DNA from: Cyanobacteria bacterium P01_F01_bin.150
Lineage (GTDB): Bacteria > Cyanobacteriota > Cyanobacteriia > CAKZMO01
Assembly (NCBI GenBank): GCA_039189765.1
Contig: JBCCYL010000030.1
Span: 1 to 64,000, forward strand
Reading direction: 5' to 3'
Length of the DNA stretch: 64,000 nucleotides
Below, one piece after another: positions 43,607 through 52,516 of the stretch. The translations under genes were made by a program, and so were the position numbers. Under the pieces are notes generated by a model, which saw only the letters and a program-made list of their open reading frames with translations, ran no database searches and was not told the DNA's origin. Numbering within the stretch: the stretch's first letter is position 1; every line of letters starts with the position of its first letter.

Positions 43607-44140
43607 TCAATCACAAAACAGGGTGTCGCGAGTCTCATTACCTGTTGTCGGATTGGTTCCCTTGGCTATTGCACACAACTCTTCCTGAGTATTTTCACGC
43701 ATAAAGACATCAGTAAAATCAGCTCCATCAATGATGGAATCTTGAAATTCTGTGCCGAAAGCAAAAGCTCCTTCAAGAACAGCATTGGTTAAATTACTTC
43801 CGTCGAAGTATGCGCCATCCAATGTTGCGTAAGATAGATCTGCACCCTCAAAATTTGTATCTTCGAAATGTGAACCATTTAAACTAACCCCCTGCAAGTT
43901 GGTATTGCTAAAATTAGATTGCCTGGAAAAAGTTCTGATAAAGCTAGCAGTTGTCAGATCCTGACCACTGAAGTCAACACCAATTAAATGTTCGCCGTCG
44001 TAAGCTGTAGCTGCAGTCCCGCTTAGACCGACAACTACAAGCACGGTTAAGACTAGAGTAAACCAAAATCTACGCACAGGCTTGATTGAAGAAGCAAAAA
44101 AAACTGATCTACGATTCATAATGGCAATAATCCCTTTCAT
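43607..44140 (-). CDS. Pentapeptide repeat protein (lumenal type)
   Basis: Signal peptide, pentapeptide repeats, LCAIAKGTNPTTGNETRDTLFC tail. Confidence 0.9.
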   Translation of the reverse strand: MKGIIAIMNRRSVFFASSIKPVRRFWFTLVLTVLVVVGLSGTAATAYDGEHLIGVDFSGQDLTTASFIRTFSRQSNFSNTNLQGVSLNGSHFEDTNFEGADLSYATLDGAYFDGSNLTNAVLEGAFAFGTEFQDSIIDGADFTDVFMRENTQEELCAIAKGTNPTTGNETRDTLFCD

Positions 44141-44288
44141 TGCAAAATTCCTGGTATTCTATTACTTTTCTAGACGTGTAGCAGATTTTTAATGACGCGA
44201 TTAATCTCATCTTGACGGAAAAAACAATAGAGATAAAAGGCGAAGGGCGTTCTTAAGCACCCTCTTAAAAAAACTGACTAGGCTATTC

Positions 44289-45212
44289 CTAATACATTGA
44301 TTTATTCAAATGAAGCACACAGGTAGGATGTGAATGAACCTCTCCCATAAGTTCATAGAAAAACGCCATGGATGGCCGATCACACGATAGGATAATCATT
44401 GGGCTATTTTGATGTGCTTTAGAGAAAGCTAAGGCTATTGATAAATAGTTGATAGCATCTGCTTTAGTCAGATCTAGAAGCCTTTCATAATAACTATCGC
44501 TATTTTCATCTAATTCAAACCATTTTGTGTATAGAGCCTTACTAGCATTAGCAGCTGTTTGGTAAATACTAGATATTGAGCGTCTTGATGAACCTTTTGT
44601 CTCTTTGATAATTCGAGAAGCCTCATGATACACAAGATCATCCCATACAACACTCTCTAATTCAGTAATTAATGATGCACTATACGTATCAGGAAACAGC
44701 TCCAGACAGTCTGTAAATTTTTGTAAGGACTGACGACAGCGATGCTGAAATTCATGCTTTGATAAATTCACCTTTTTCAGTGTTGAAGGATTTAAACCTT
44801 CATAATCAGCAATAGCAAAGGAAAATTTATGTTGAATGCTCAAGTCCGAAAAAAAATTATGGAAAAGTGGTGCAATAGTTAGAATTTGCTGGGCAATTAG
44901 ACCGACATCATTTCCAAGGGTCTCAAACGTAAATTCATAGGATTTGGCTGATTCTTCTGTTGTTTTAATGTATGAGTAATCTGGACATTGTACAGATGCA
45001 ATAATAATAGGAGTCTCTGAATTTAGCACTTCACCCAATCTTTTCAGGCCACCATGCCTTAGGCTAGGCAGAGAAATATTGCACTGTAGTAATAAGTCGA
45101 TTATTGTCTGAGAAACATGTTGACTCTCACCTTCAAATGAGGCTTGAATAATTCTTTCTAGTTTCCGTTCTTTCTTAATAAGAGTCTCACTAGCAATTGA
45201 AGATGCGATCAA
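44289..45212 (-). CDS. Unknown protein, last gene of the halogenase cassette
   Basis: 307-aa ORF in AT-rich DNA; strong SD (AAGGAGG) 8 nt before the TTG start; CPDY and ADYE motifs. Confidence 0.8.
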   Translation of the reverse strand: MIASSIASETLIKKERKLERIIQASFEGESQHVSQTIIDLLLQCNISLPSLRHGGLKRLGEVLNSETPIIIASVQCPDYSYIKTTEESAKSYEFTFETLGNDVGLIAQQILTIAPLFHNFFSDLSIQHKFSFAIADYEGLNPSTLKKVNLSKHEFQHRCRQSLQKFTDCLELFPDTYSASLITELESVVWDDLVYHEASRIIKETKGSSRRSISSIYQTAANASKALYTKWFELDENSDSYYERLLDLTKADAINYLSIALAFSKAHQNSPMIILSCDRPSMAFFYELMGEVHSHPTCVLHLNKSMY

Positions 45213-45272
45213 AATATTTTCCTCCTTAATGAATAAATGTCAGGCACAATGAAATAGAAAAATGTTAAAATC

Positions 45273-45896
45273 CTATCTTTTCTGAAGTATTAGATTGTAT
45301 ACAACAATATCTTTCCATGATTCTCCTGATATGATTACCTCCTTTTTCTCAATCAAATTTACAGGAAGTTTATCTATAATCGTTTTGAATTCATTGTTTG
45401 AATCAAATAACTCTTTTATCACTGTAAGTCCTAAAAAACTATTCAGTTTCAAGATATTTAAGACATTTCCTAAATAGACTGGTTTTACATGCCCGTATGT
45501 AAATACACCAACACAGATAGCAGCATCGAAATACTCAGTCTCATATAAAGAATCGATCTCTCTTATGTCTCCTGATCGTAAGTTCTTGTATATGTTCTTT
45601 TTTTTTGCGACTGCTAACATATTTTCTGATATGTCAACGCCTACTAGGTTAGAATAGCCATGGGCAACTAACCCCTCTCCTACCATTCCAGTTCCACAAC
45701 CTATATCCAAGATTAGAGAATTTAAATTAGGCACAAACTTTGTGAAATATCTTCCCATATCAAGGCAAAACTGCTTATAAGGATCTTTTAAATCTGTCTC
45801 ATATTCGTTTGCCCAAGAATCATATCGATCCTTTAATTCATCTAGCGTTTTTGCACTATAAACCCAATCTCTTTTCTTATTAATCAGATTTGACAT
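45273..45896 (-). CDS. Class I SAM-dependent methyltransferase
   Basis: YDSWANEYE, ILDIGCGTG motif I, GVDISENML, CVGVFTYGHV. Confidence 0.92.
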   Translation of the reverse strand: MSNLINKKRDWVYSAKTLDELKDRYDSWANEYETDLKDPYKQFCLDMGRYFTKFVPNLNSLILDIGCGTGMVGEGLVAHGYSNLVGVDISENMLAVAKKKNIYKNLRSGDIREIDSLYETEYFDAAICVGVFTYGHVKPVYLGNVLNILKLNSFLGLTVIKELFDSNNEFKTIIDKLPVNLIEKKEVIISGESWKDIVVYNLILQKR

Positions 45897-45936
45897 AATA
45901 TCACCTTAGATTATGTATTTTCCTACGTTAATTTCT

Positions 45937-45997
45937 AGTTGTCAGCTTTAGGACGATAGTGGTGGCGTGGCATGCCACTACTATCGTTCATTCTGTT
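45937..45997 (+). mobile_element. Truncated or degenerate copy of the 80-bp MITE
   Basis: AGTTGTCAGCTTTAGG followed by the hairpin GATAGTGGTGGC-N7-GCCACTACTATC and GTTCATTCTGTT; right end lost. Confidence 0.6.
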
Positions 45998-46010
45998 CCA
46001 CCCGTTAACT

Positions 46011-46958
46011 CTAATTTCCTGATTGATGTATTAAATCCATTTGATGATTAATATTCTCGACTCGATTCAGTCCATAATCATCACGACCAGATACTAGGAT
46101 TGAGTAATGTTTTTTAAGATCGCAATTATACTCATCATAAGAGTGATTATTTGTCAATCTTTGAGGATGAATTTGCACGCTAGGCGGAATATAACGACCA
46201 TTTATACCCCATCGTTCTCTATCTCCATAATTTCCAGGGACTTGATGCATACAGTGCTCATTAAAAATGATGATCTGCCCTGCTTTAATTGATAAAATAG
46301 ATTCTACTTCCCAATCATTTTCATCAAAAACAAATGCTCTAGAATAGCTTTGCTCTGGCAATTGCTCTTGCATATCACGATATCGCTCTTCAGGATAAGC
46401 TCCTTTACCTAAAGGCGCTTGAACTACTTTAAATCTCTTCCGGTGGGAACCATTTGCAAACTGGAGATTTCCCATTTCCTCAGTAATATCGTTTAGGGCA
46501 ATCCAAACCGTAAAATTTAGGATCTCTGTATCTTCAGGAAAAATCAGATCTACTGTTTCTTCATCACTCATTGAGCTTCGATAAGACTCAACAGCCTGAT
46601 GCCAACCGACCCCTACTTGTTGAGGCATACGATTAAAAACACCACTTCTCCAAAGCAGTAAATCTTTCTCTCCAAGTATATTTAAATAATCAACAATTCT
46701 ACTATCCAATAAAAGATTATACAGAGACTGACACCAAAAATGATGGTTAATATGTGTCTCTGCCTTAAAATACTGGTTATGAAAAATTCTAAAAGCTTGT
46801 TCTCCTGGTTGAGTAATATCTCTAAATTGAGCAACTCTACTTACTTTTTTAAGTTGTTCATGTATGGGTTCCACTTCTTGCATTGAGAACAGATCTAGTG
46901 GGCCAATCCATCCTTTCTGATGAAATTTTTTAATTTGTTCCTGAGTTAATTTAATCAT
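46011..46958 (-). CDS. Fe(II)/2-oxoglutarate enzyme of the SyrB2/BarB (PhyH-fold) type, predicted halogenase
   Basis: GWHQA (Ala in place of the Asp/Glu ligand), FTVWIAL, LQFANGSH, GQIIIF...MH, RWGINGRY, ILVSGRDDYGLN. Confidence 0.78.
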   Translation of the reverse strand: MIKLTQEQIKKFHQKGWIGPLDLFSMQEVEPIHEQLKKVSRVAQFRDITQPGEQAFRIFHNQYFKAETHINHHFWCQSLYNLLLDSRIVDYLNILGEKDLLLWRSGVFNRMPQQVGVGWHQAVESYRSSMSDEETVDLIFPEDTEILNFTVWIALNDITEEMGNLQFANGSHRKRFKVVQAPLGKGAYPEERYRDMQEQLPEQSYSRAFVFDENDWEVESILSIKAGQIIIFNEHCMHQVPGNYGDRERWGINGRYIPPSVQIHPQRLTNNHSYDEYNCDLKKHYSILVSGRDDYGLNRVENINHQMDLIHQSGN

Positions 46959-47414
46959 GGATTTTGTGCTGCTGATATATTTTCTGAACTTGACTCGGAT
47001 GTTTACTTTCTAATTTGCTATTTCTAATTTAAAAAATGAAAAATTGTAGAGATAAGGCAAAATAATATTTGTGTTAATTCAACATAATTGCCATCAAATT
47101 AATCTAACAAAAATGAGATAAATATCTTTATTAAGTGATAAAAAAAGAAAAATCAGTGGTGCCATTTATCTGAATTATGCTTTCACTAAGTTGTATTAGT
47201 TGCTAAGATACTTTTACGGTAAAAACTAAAATTAGACAAGTCTTTTTTGGCAGATAAAATATGTATTTAAAAATCTGTGAAACTAGAGGTAAAGGTCTTT
47301 TTAGTCTTATTGATAAATAAAAAAGTCTTTTTTGTATGGTTAAAGATAATGATAGATACGTAAAAAAATGAATTTTTATAATTCTGCTCTACCTATTTAG
47401 AAAGGGCGAATTGA

Positions 47415-47713
47415 GGTGGGTCTGGCGATGGAATTGCTGGATTGGTGAGTTCCGATGAACTGAGTCAACTCAACCATCATGTCACCTTGCTAGAGGAGGA
47501 TTCTCGACTGGGAGGTCGGATCACACTGTGCCTATACGTTTTTTACACCGGCCGATTGGGTAACGGTTTCAAGGATGGCTGGGGTTACCCTATCCTCAAG
47601 AACGGCCCCGTGTCTTTTTTGCGGGGGAGCATTTGCCGATTAACCATGGTTCGTTGCAGGGGGCGGTGCAGACAGCGATCGCCGCCATCATCGCCGATCT
47701 CAACACTCACTAA
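47415..47713 (+). pseudogene. Internally deleted flavin monoamine/L-amino-acid oxidase pseudogene
   Basis: GDGIAGLVSSDELSQLNHHVTLLEEDSRLGGRI (FAD-binding N-terminus) joined through frameshifts to RVFFAGEHLPINHGSLQGAVQTAIAA...stop (C-terminal motif). Confidence 0.8.
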
Positions 47714-47929
47714 ATATTGAGGAAGAAAAAATATGACGTTTTCAACCTTTTAGATATCTATTCCTGACTTTTTATAAGACCTTTTTCCCCTTCTATAAAT
47801 CTTTCAATTATGCTTTTATATTGTCAATTGGGTTAGAGCTTATCTAGAAATGAAAAGCTACGTAAGTTTCTATAAGTAACCTAATCGATAGATTGCTAGA
47901 AGCATTTTTGACGATGAGCAAAACTTGCG

Positions 47930-48009
47930 AGGCATCCACTTTGGGCAGGCAGTGTGGCCGTTTCGCGCCCACACTGGCGTTGACACTGTTTCGCCTTAAA
48001 ACGAAACCC
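47930..48009 (+). mobile_element. 80-bp MITE-like element, copy C
   Basis: AGGCATCCACTTTGGGC...GTTTCGCCTTAAAACGAAACCC; flanks AACTTGCG/AACTTATG. Confidence 0.78.
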
Positions 48010-48116
48010 AACTTATGCATCTATCGAATCCACCCTGTGATGACTCACTGGTTGAGTGCTAGCTATGAAATTGCATGTCAATTTTTGCCAGACGTTATTC
48101 AACAACGGAGATTTAT

Positions 48117-51050
48117 ATGACTACACCACTCAATCTAAATTGGCCTGCTCCAAGGCCAGAGAGGCCGACAACGCCTAACAGTAATTCTGATTATGAGTAT
48201 CCTCTTGACATTCGAGATGCCCAAGAGGAACAGCAGCAGCAGGATGAAGACCCTTGGGGTCCGTATTTTGAGACGAAAGCACCAAAAGGTGCACCCAATA
48301 TTCTTTATATCGTGTTTGACGATACGGGATTTGGCACCTGGAACATGTTTGGGGGCAAAGTTCAGATGCCAAACCTAGAGCGAATTTCCAACAAGGGATT
48401 AATCTATACCAGCTTCCACACCACCGCCCTCTGTTCTCCCACCCGTTCTTCCCTGCTCAACGGTCGGAATGCTAACAGCAACGGGATGGCCTGTGTTGAA
48501 GAAACCACTTCTGCTTTTCCTGGGAGCAATGGCCGTATTCCAAAGGAAAATGCCTTAATTGCTGAAACACTCAGCGAACGAGGATACAACACCTATTGCA
48601 TCGGCAAATGGCATTTGTGCCCCAGAGAAGAAACGAGTATGGCCTCCACCAAGGAGAATTGGCCTTTGGGGCGTGGTTTTGAGCGCTTTTACGGTTTCCT
48701 GGGTGGAGAAACAGATCAGTGGTATCCCGATCTTATCTACGATAACCATCAGATTGAGCCGCCCTATGCCCCAGATATGAGCGACCCTGTTAATGGATAT
48801 CACTTGTCTAAGGATTTGGTGGATAAAGCGATTTCATTTATCCACGATGGCAAGACCATTGCTCCTGATAAACCCTGGATGATGCACTTCTGTCCCGGTG
48901 CAAACCATGCTCCCCACCAAATCTGGCCTGCGCTCATCGGTAACCCTGGTTATGAGAATCCAGATTTGAATGATAGATGTACCTACAATAGCAGTAACTT
49001 TATAGAAGAAGAAGAAGGCAGTGGGTACGGCACCTATTCAGACAAGACCAAGAGTGTCTTTGCTGAGGGCTATGAGAAATATCGCATAGATGTTACTGCT
49101 CGGATGACCACTCCATTGGGCGCTCCTGTGGAAGGTCAGAAGAATGTGCAAGGTTTAGGGATCTTTCCTCCAGGAACTCTTCCAACTCCCATAAATCCCC
49201 ATGGAGAGGGGACTAACCCTGATGACCCCAGTGACGGTGTAGATGAATCAATTCTAAGGGGCAGGGCATGGCCTGAGACAGACTATGTTATTCCCTGGGA
49301 TGGATACCCTGAAGATCAAGAGGTAGAAGCCAGGCAAGAACTATTTATTCGCATGGCTGAGACCTTTGCGGCTTTCTCTACCTATACCGATCGGCAAATT
49401 GGTCGCTTGCTCAAGTACCTTGACGAGACGGGGCAAATGGAGAACACCATCATTATTGCCTTGGGAGACAATGGTGCGAGTGGAGAGGGCGGGCCAAATG
49501 GGTCTATCAACGAAAACCTCTTTTTTAATGGCATTCCCGATAACCTAAACACAAACGTGAATGCCATGGCAAACCTCGGGACAGAAAAAACCTATAACCA
49601 CTATCCATCGGGTTGGGCTTGGGCCTTTGACACTCCCTTTAAGTATTGGAAGCGTTGGTCAAGCTACGAAGGAGGAGATGCAACGCCCTTTATGATCTGT
49701 GGCCCTGGCATTGATCGACAAGACGGAGACTCAGGGTTCCGCAAACAGTATATCCATGCGTGTGATTTAGTGCCCACACTCTATGAGCATCTTAATCTGG
49801 AGGCTCCCGCTATGGTCAAGGGTTACCCCCAAAATGAAATCGATGGTAAGAGTTTTGCTTACACGTTTGATATCAAGTTCGATGAACCAAATTACCCAAC
49901 TGGTGATCCTGATTACCAATTCCCCTACAAGCTAGCTGCCAAAGGTAGTCCTGATGCACCTGGCCCTGATCAATTAAAAGAGACTCAGTTCTATGCCATG
50001 CTAGGAACAAGAGGCATTTGGCATAAAGGCTGGCACGCCTGTACAGTCCATGCCCCAGCCCCCTCCGGCTGGAGTAACTTTGACCAGGATACTTGGGAGT
50101 TGTATTGCATGGATGGTGCCGTTCTCTCTGGCGATATTTTTGGCAATAATAAGGTTAATTGCTCCAGTGGAACAGAGTTAGATGTCGATCCACTTCAGTC
50201 AAACTCGTTAGACTACGGGCAGGGAGGAGTTGAAGGGAACGACTTAAGCCAGATACTAGATTATCTAAAAGATAAGTGGGATCAGGAAGCCTTCAAATAT
50301 TTCGGCAAGCCCCTGGACGATCGGGACACCTATGAATTTGCGCAAGAAGAGCGTCCTTCCCTCACTCCGCAACCAGACCCTAAGGCTCGTTGGACATACA
50401 CCTATTTGTACTACCCAGGATGTTCAGAGATTCCTGAAGCTGAGGCCCCCAATATCAGAGGACGTTCCTACGAGATAAGAGCGACAGTGGATTTTACTAA
50501 GGTCACATCACAGGATCAAGTGCAAGGAGTCTTATTTTCCCATGGTGGAAGATTTGGTGGGCACAGCTTATATATCAACGATGATCATTTCCTCTGCTAT
50601 ACCTACAACTGGCTAGGGCAGCAGGAGCAGAAACTAATGGCTATTACTCATGACTGGTCCAATACCCTCGGAAAAATTTCAACATTGGGCATGAAGTTTA
50701 TCAAAGAAGACTCTCTAAACCAAGATCCTATTTATGGTAGCAGTGCTGTAGGAGAAGTCCAGATATGGATTAATGAGCAAGAGGTTGGTCGGAATCTATT
50801 TAGCGGTCTTTTCAGTGACTTTAATGGCAATTTTCTCACCCAGCCAGGTAAATTTTCCCTCTGTGGGGAAGGCATGAACATTGGCCGAGATGCGGGTCAG
50901 CCTGTCTCAAGTGACTATGACCATCAAACACCTTACGAATTTGAAGGCGCGACTCTTCAGAAAGTTGAGGTCTGGGTCGATCTTAATGATGAAGTCGCCA
51001 ACGCGTTTGAACAGTCAAAAGCCATGCATGGCATGTTATGGCGTGACTAA
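48117..51050 (+). CDS. Arylsulfatase (Cys-type, formylglycine-dependent)
   Basis: PNILYIVFDD, LCSPTRSSLLNGR, GKWHL, GDNGASGEGG; C-terminal LamG-like region (HGGRFGG); GGAG SD before ATG 48117. Confidence 0.93.
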   Translation: MTTPLNLNWPAPRPERPTTPNSNSDYEYPLDIRDAQEEQQQQDEDPWGPYFETKAPKGAPNILYIVFDDTGFGTWNMFGGKVQMPNLERISNKGLIYTSFHTTALCSPTRSSLLNGRNANSNGMACVEETTSAFPGSNGRIPKENALIAETLSERGYNTYCIGKWHLCPREETSMASTKENWPLGRGFERFYGFLGGETDQWYPDLIYDNHQIEPPYAPDMSDPVNGYHLSKDLVDKAISFIHDGKTIAPDKPWMMHFCPGANHAPHQIWPALIGNPGYENPDLNDRCTYNSSNFIEEEEGSGYGTYSDKTKSVFAEGYEKYRIDVTARMTTPLGAPVEGQKNVQGLGIFPPGTLPTPINPHGEGTNPDDPSDGVDESILRGRAWPETDYVIPWDGYPEDQEVEARQELFIRMAETFAAFSTYTDRQIGRLLKYLDETGQMENTIIIALGDNGASGEGGPNGSINENLFFNGIPDNLNTNVNAMANLGTEKTYNHYPSGWAWAFDTPFKYWKRWSSYEGGDATPFMICGPGIDRQDGDSGFRKQYIHACDLVPTLYEHLNLEAPAMVKGYPQNEIDGKSFAYTFDIKFDEPNYPTGDPDYQFPYKLAAKGSPDAPGPDQLKETQFYAMLGTRGIWHKGWHACTVHAPAPSGWSNFDQDTWELYCMDGAVLSGDIFGNNKVNCSSGTELDVDPLQSNSLDYGQGGVEGNDLSQILDYLKDKWDQEAFKYFGKPLDDRDTYEFAQEERPSLTPQPDPKARWTYTYLYYPGCSEIPEAEAPNIRGRSYEIRATVDFTKVTSQDQVQGVLFSHGGRFGGHSLYINDDHFLCYTYNWLGQQEQKLMAITHDWSNTLGKISTLGMKFIKEDSLNQDPIYGSSAVGEVQIWINEQEVGRNLFSGLFSDFNGNFLTQPGKFSLCGEGMNIGRDAGQPVSSDYDHQTPYEFEGATLQKVEVWVDLNDEVANAFEQSKAMHGMLWRD

Positions 51051-51084
51051 TGTGACTAGCAGTCTCAAAAAGTAGTTTATTTAG

Positions 51085-51106
51085 GCGGGATTCAAGGGAA
51101 TCCCGC
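51085..51106. terminator. Intergenic hairpin (terminator or mRNA-stability element)
   Basis: GCGGGATTC-AAGG-GAATCCCGC; no clear U-tract on the + strand. Confidence 0.4.
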
Positions 51107-51147
51107 TACTTTACAACCCGATAGATCACCTTCATAGCACCTTCACC

Positions 51148-52128
51148 ATGACCACTACCACCCAAGCACCCCGAACCCAAAGCACACAACCCAGTGCCCC
51201 ACCTCATAAAGATATGGTGTGGATTCCCGGCAGTACCTTTGAAATGGGATCGGACATTCGTACCTATCCAGAAGAAGGCCCGATCCATACGGTGACCGTC
51301 AGCGGGTTCTGGATGGATAAATATCCGGTAACCAACAAACAATTTCAGAAATTTGTTAAAGAGACGGGCTATGTTACCTTCGCCGAAAAGCCCCCCAATG
51401 CGGAAGACTACCCCGATGCCGACCCAGAATTACTGGTGCCCGGTTCAGCAGTGTTTATCAAACCCGATCGCCCCGTAAACCCCCGTACCTTTTGCTGGTG
51501 GAACTATGTCCCCGGTGCCGATTGGCGACACCCTGAAGGTCCAGATAGCTCCATCAAACAGCGCCAAAACCATCCCGTGGTGCATGTAGTTTACGAGGAT
51601 ATTCTCGCCTATGCCGAATGGGCTGGGAAATCGATCCCCACCGAGGCCCAATGGGAGTTTGCGGCTCGGGGTGGATTAAACGGCGCGATCTTTGCTTGGG
51701 GGAACGAAATCGCACCCAACGGTAAAGTCATGGCCAATATTTGGAAAGGGCAATTTCCCCACGAAAACCTCAAGTCCCATCCCCCCCAGACCGAACCTAT
51801 TGGAAACTATCCTGCTAACGGCTATGGCCTATACGACATGATCGGCAACACCTGGGAATGGACCAGCGATTGGTACCAGGAACGCCATCCTGAAAATCCG
51901 AAAAAAGCCTGCTGTACTCCCGTAGACCCCAACGGTGGGACCAAGGCTAATAGCTTGGATCGTAAGGCTCCAGCCTCAGAACAAAAGCCTCGCAAAGTTC
52001 TCAAAGGCGGATCTTTCCTGTGTGCGCCCAACTACTGCGCCCGCTATCGTCCTGCCGCCCGCCATCCAGAAACCATCGATACTTCCACCAATCACATTGG
52101 TTTTCGAACCATTGTATGTCCAAATTAA
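51148..52128 (+). CDS. Formylglycine-generating enzyme (sulfatase maturase)
   Basis: FEMGS, PTEAQWEFAARGG, NGYGLYDMIGNTWEW, KGGSFLCAPNYCARYRPAAR with both catalytic Cys. Confidence 0.95.
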   Translation: MTTTTQAPRTQSTQPSAPPHKDMVWIPGSTFEMGSDIRTYPEEGPIHTVTVSGFWMDKYPVTNKQFQKFVKETGYVTFAEKPPNAEDYPDADPELLVPGSAVFIKPDRPVNPRTFCWWNYVPGADWRHPEGPDSSIKQRQNHPVVHVVYEDILAYAEWAGKSIPTEAQWEFAARGGLNGAIFAWGNEIAPNGKVMANIWKGQFPHENLKSHPPQTEPIGNYPANGYGLYDMIGNTWEWTSDWYQERHPENPKKACCTPVDPNGGTKANSLDRKAPASEQKPRKVLKGGSFLCAPNYCARYRPAARHPETIDTSTNHIGFRTIVCPN

Positions 52129-52259
52129 TGTCCAATTATTCACGTATTGAGGTCATGATGAGTCCCCTAATATTAAGGCTTTGACAGTCCTACGTTTATG
52201 CTGCCTGTTTCTCATAGGATCGCTCCTCAGTCCTATGAGCTGTCCTCTAGCATTAGTGG

Positions 52260-52460
52260 CGGCGTCTTTATTCAAAAGTGCCCAGGGCCATGATTCGATT
52301 ACCCCATCCACCTTGGAATATCTGCTCTCAGTCCGTGCCTTTTCCGAGGAGTCGTATGGTATTCCCCGTCAAAATGTCATTGGATCAGCTACCATTGATA
52401 GCTACGATCGTGACCATCGTGAGGTTATTCACTCCTAAAACGGCCATACACACGGATGGA
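52260..52460 (+). pseudogene. Collapsed remnant of a HAD-family hydrolase
   Basis: LEYL...VRAFSEESYGIPRQNVIGS resembles the HAD hydrolases often found beside sulfatase/FGE genes; catalytic motifs are absent. Confidence 0.55.
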
Positions 52461-52469
52461 CGGAGATGC

Positions 52470-52499
52470 GTAGGGTGATTAGCGACAGTGTAACGCACC
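52470..52499 (+). repeat. GTAG-type REP-like hairpin
   Basis: GTAGGGTGATTAGCGACAGTGTAACGCACC. Confidence 0.75.
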
Positions 52500-52516
52500 G
52501 TTTCCGGCAGTTATGA

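Noticed and set aside
47442..47720. 92-aa ORF as a real gene
   Set aside because: It is a frameshifted read-through of the amine-oxidase pseudogene.
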